A stretch of DNA of 64,000 bases, from positions 29,613,168 to 29,677,167 of the forward strand of contig NC_068988.1 in assembly GCF_001194135.2 (NCBI RefSeq), given 5' to 3'. The notes under the pieces were generated by a model, which worked only from the letters and a program-made list of their open reading frames with translations, made no database searches and had not been told where the DNA came from. This document shows, piece by piece, positions 60,776-64,000 of this stretch (the first letter of the stretch is position 1; each line of letters opens with the position of its first letter). A program made the position numbers and the translations under genes. Source of the DNA: Octopus bimaculoides. Lineage: Eukaryota.

Positions 60776-61011
60776 NNNNNNNNNNNNNNNNNNNNNNNNN
60801 NNNNNNNNNNNNNNNNNNNNNNNNNNNNNNNNNNNNNNNNNNNNNNNNNNNNNNNNNNNNNNNNNNNNNNNNNNNNNNNNNNNNNNNNNNNNNNNNNNNN
60901 NNNNNNNNNNNNNNNNNNNNNNNNNNNNNNNNNNNNNNNNNNNNNNNNNNNNNNNNNNNNNNNNNNNNNNNNNNNNNNNNNNNNNNNNNNNNNNNNNNNN
61001 NNNNNNNNNNN

Positions 61012-61057
<46 letters not shown>

Positions 61058-62153
61058 GTATGTATGTATACTGAAGTATCTCTTAGTATTCGTTACCTAC
61101 TTATATTTTTGATAATATCACCTGATGGTGGTAAGTTCTTTGTAGCACCTACTAAACAAAATGATTTTATTATCTTTGAGTCAGTGCAGTTGTCAACTGA
61201 AGTAGCGGGTTACAATTAACTGCTTCATAGGATGACAAAGGAACTAACTCTTCTTGAAGGAAGCCTCATAGAAGTTGTTTACCTCATAGTTGGAAATGTT
61301 ATGACTGGGTCATGGATTCAGAATGTAGTGGGTTGAGATTGGTGAATTTCTTACTATTCAATAAAATACTATCTACGCAAGCTGCTAACAACAGGTTCAA
61401 TAAAGTGAAACATATTGTAGTATAATGTAATAGTATCAAACTTAACATTTTCCTGCTTGAAATTCAATTATGAAATACCTTAGACTTTAGTGCACTTTAT
61501 TAACATGATTGTTATGAGAATATACTTCGATGTGTTAAGATTTTGGTACATGCACACATATTTCTCTTTTTCTTTTCTGTTATCCTCCTAATTCTTTCCT
61601 TTCCTAGTCAAACCAACATGAATTAATCACTTCAATAACAATAGGAAAAAAAATACCCAAAAAACTAATGTATATCCAAACTGTTTGAATTGCCTGAAGA
61701 AGTAATTTGTCTGTCCATGCAGAGCTCCTTAGCAAATCTGATTAACTACATTAAATACCCAACAGTTTTAACATATATTATAGTCTTTCTTGTTCACTGT
61801 GACTTATCTCTGGATCTTCAATGGCACCAATAAAGACAGCTTTTCAGATGCAATAATGAGGGCACTAAAACTAGTAAAGCTGGTAAGGAAATAAATTTAA
61901 ACCCAAACACATTCAGTTCCCACTCATGCTCATTGATAAAAGTAATCTCATTATAAGAGAAACACTTCAATTATAACATTTACCAAAACATATTTATTCT
62001 GGGAAAATTTATGGCAACTGGGAACCACTGGATTCTGAAGTTCTAAAATTACAAAAGTGTCTCTCTGAAATATATTATAAATAAAATTTTTAAAAATTGT
62101 CTCCTGTTATACTGCATTTTACTTTTCTGTTATTTTTCATCCATCAGGACTGA

Positions 62154-62207
62154 AATAAAGCTTTATTATTGAATTACACTAACATTGTAGATGTTTTGTT
62201 TGTGTTT
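62154..62207 (+). terminator. Candidate polyadenylation signal of the DLK transcript
   Basis: AATAAA at 62154-62159 followed by a GU/U-rich element tgttttgtttgtgttt at 62192-62207, the canonical arrangement. AATAAA is common in AT-rich DNA, so confidence is low. Confidence 0.3.
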
Positions 62208-63460
62208 CAGTTATTTTCTAGAATTAGTGACTTAATTATTATATTGTTTTGGAATTCACTGTCTACTGTAATATCTGAACTGTTAAAACTTACCAAAAGA
62301 GATGTTTTCAAAGTGTTCCAATCATAAATTATATCAATTAGAAATCAGTTTAAAACAAATCAGTTATATGAGAAAAAAAAATTATTATTCAATGTTGTGG
62401 AAAAAATTCTTTCTTATGTTTCTTGCAGTTTACTAATAACCTCTTTAAAAAAAGAGAACTGAAAACATTGAAAAGATTTTCTGAAAAATAATTAATTTGT
62501 TTATTATTTCACATTGTTGGATTAGTTAAAAGGTGATTTTTGAAGCTAAAATTGTTATAAACTTAAATTTATACTGACAAAGTACTGGGAAAAAAATTGC
62601 TTCTTTGAAAAAATTCTATATTATATTCTAGTTCTACTTAATTTTAGAACTTTGGATACATTAATAGCCTTTATGAATAATTTGATTTAAGGAAAGAATA
62701 TATTTTTCTTTCTTTTACCTCTATCACTGTAATATATAGATATTAAAAAAAAATATTTACATTTGGTGAAACAATCAATTGATGAATCAGCTGAAGACTT
62801 AAATGTTTATCTTAAAACTGAACTTTAAGCTAACACCCAACACTTCAATGTTGTATTCCTCCACTTTAGAAATGACCTTTGTGTAAAAAATATCAAAGAA
62901 ACTGTATACAAATAATTGACATTGAAGAAATTCAAATTTCATCCTAATACAAGAACTGCAACACCATAAATTGCCACAACTCTATCAATTGCTACAGCTT
63001 TGTTAGTAACCACATTCTTCATTTTCTTATAACATTGTCAGTTACTGCAGCACTCTTTTCCACTGACGATAAAATACACTTCACAGCCAGTAAAACACAA
63101 TGCTATCAGTAACCACAAATTAACCAGTAAATAGGCTAACAATGATTGAGACTCTATAAGGAGATAAAGCTAATTTTAACATAAAATTCTAAAGAGAATC
63201 TTGTAATTTCTATGCTGTTTGAATTCTACCAGTTTATGTCAACATTGATTTGATATCAACTAATAATTAAATGAGTAAAGAAATGACTTTTTAGCTAATG
63301 CTGGCTTAATGTTACTTGTTCTATAACATTTTGACTTTCATTCAATTAGAAATTTGTCACTTGTTGAGTAAATTGAATCAAATGTGCATAGCACATAGCT
63401 AAGGTTCTTCAAAGTTAATCCATAAATGGTCGACTTATTTGAGATGTGGCAGTGTACATG

Positions 63461-63510
<50 letters not shown>

Positions 63511-63556
63511 AATAATGCACTCCCCTGTACAGTCCTGCTAATATTTTGGCATTCTA

Positions 63557-63976
63557 GGCGGCGAGCTGGCAGAAATGTTAGCACGCCGGGCGAAATGCTT
63601 AGCGGTATTTCGTCTGTCTTTACATTCTGAGTTCAAATTCCGCCAAGGTTGACTTTGCTTTTCATCCTTTTGGGGTCGATAAATTAAGTACCAGTTGCAT
63701 ACTGGGGTCGATCTAATCAACTGGTCCCCTCCCCAAGAATTTTGGGCCTAGAGTAGAAAAGAATAATTTTATCATGTAATGATAATATTGTATTGACCAA
63801 AATTTTAGACTTTTGGTCTCGAGGGTTCCAAAATCAGCAAAGGTTTGTTTTTTTTATCGCAGAAAATTTGCTTTCTACACGATAAATTAAGTACCAGTTG
63901 CGTACTGGGTCGATCTAATCAATTGCCCCCCCCCCTCCCCAGAAATTTCAGGCCTTGTGCCTAGAGTAGAAAAGAA
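63557..63976 (+). mobile_element. Young family A SINE (63557-63770) followed by a second 3' half copy (63881-63976)
   Basis: ggcggcgagctggcagaaatgttagcacgccgggcgaaatgcttagcgg..; gataaattaagtaccagttgc.tactggg.tcgatctaatcaa repeated at 63881. Confidence 0.9.
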
Positions 63977-64000
63977 TATTTTGGCTTTCTTTTTTCATGT

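Noticed and set aside
61122-61160. Fifth hammerhead-like motif (CTGATGG..GGTAAGT/ACCTACT..AAAC)
   Set aside because: Needs three or more core changes and lacks convincing stems I and III.

Overview
AT-rich eukaryotic DNA, dense in microsatellites and SINEs, with six N gaps. The repeat landscape is most consistent with an octopod cephalopod (inference from recognised repeat types, not a database search). One protein-coding gene spans the window on the + strand: a dual leucine zipper kinase of the DLK/LZK family (MAP3K12/13, wallenda, dlk-1). I reconstructed 12 coding exons by hand (10346-58038, about 868 aa); all introns are GT-AG and the phases match. The protein has the N-terminal palmitoylation motif, an intact kinase domain, the leucine zipper region and the C-terminal SDGLSD hexapeptide. 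The introns hold several tRNA-headed SINE families, an RTE-tail-like repeat family, a TA-flanked Tc1/mariner-type MITE, and decayed LINE fragments (R4/Dong-type RLE, RTE, CR1/L2, Penelope GIY-YIG). The most unusual observation is a set of four minimal hammerhead-ribozyme-like motifs, resembling Penelope-associated ones; all four appear mutated at the same C11.1-G12 CpG step. Other points: a SINE nested in an RLE ORF with a clean target-site duplication, a 26-bp minisatellite grown from inside a retroelement, inverted repeat pairs that could be ADAR or back-splicing substrates, a candidate poison exon, and unresolved 5' and 3' gene ends. No CRISPR array or true tRNA/rRNA gene was found.
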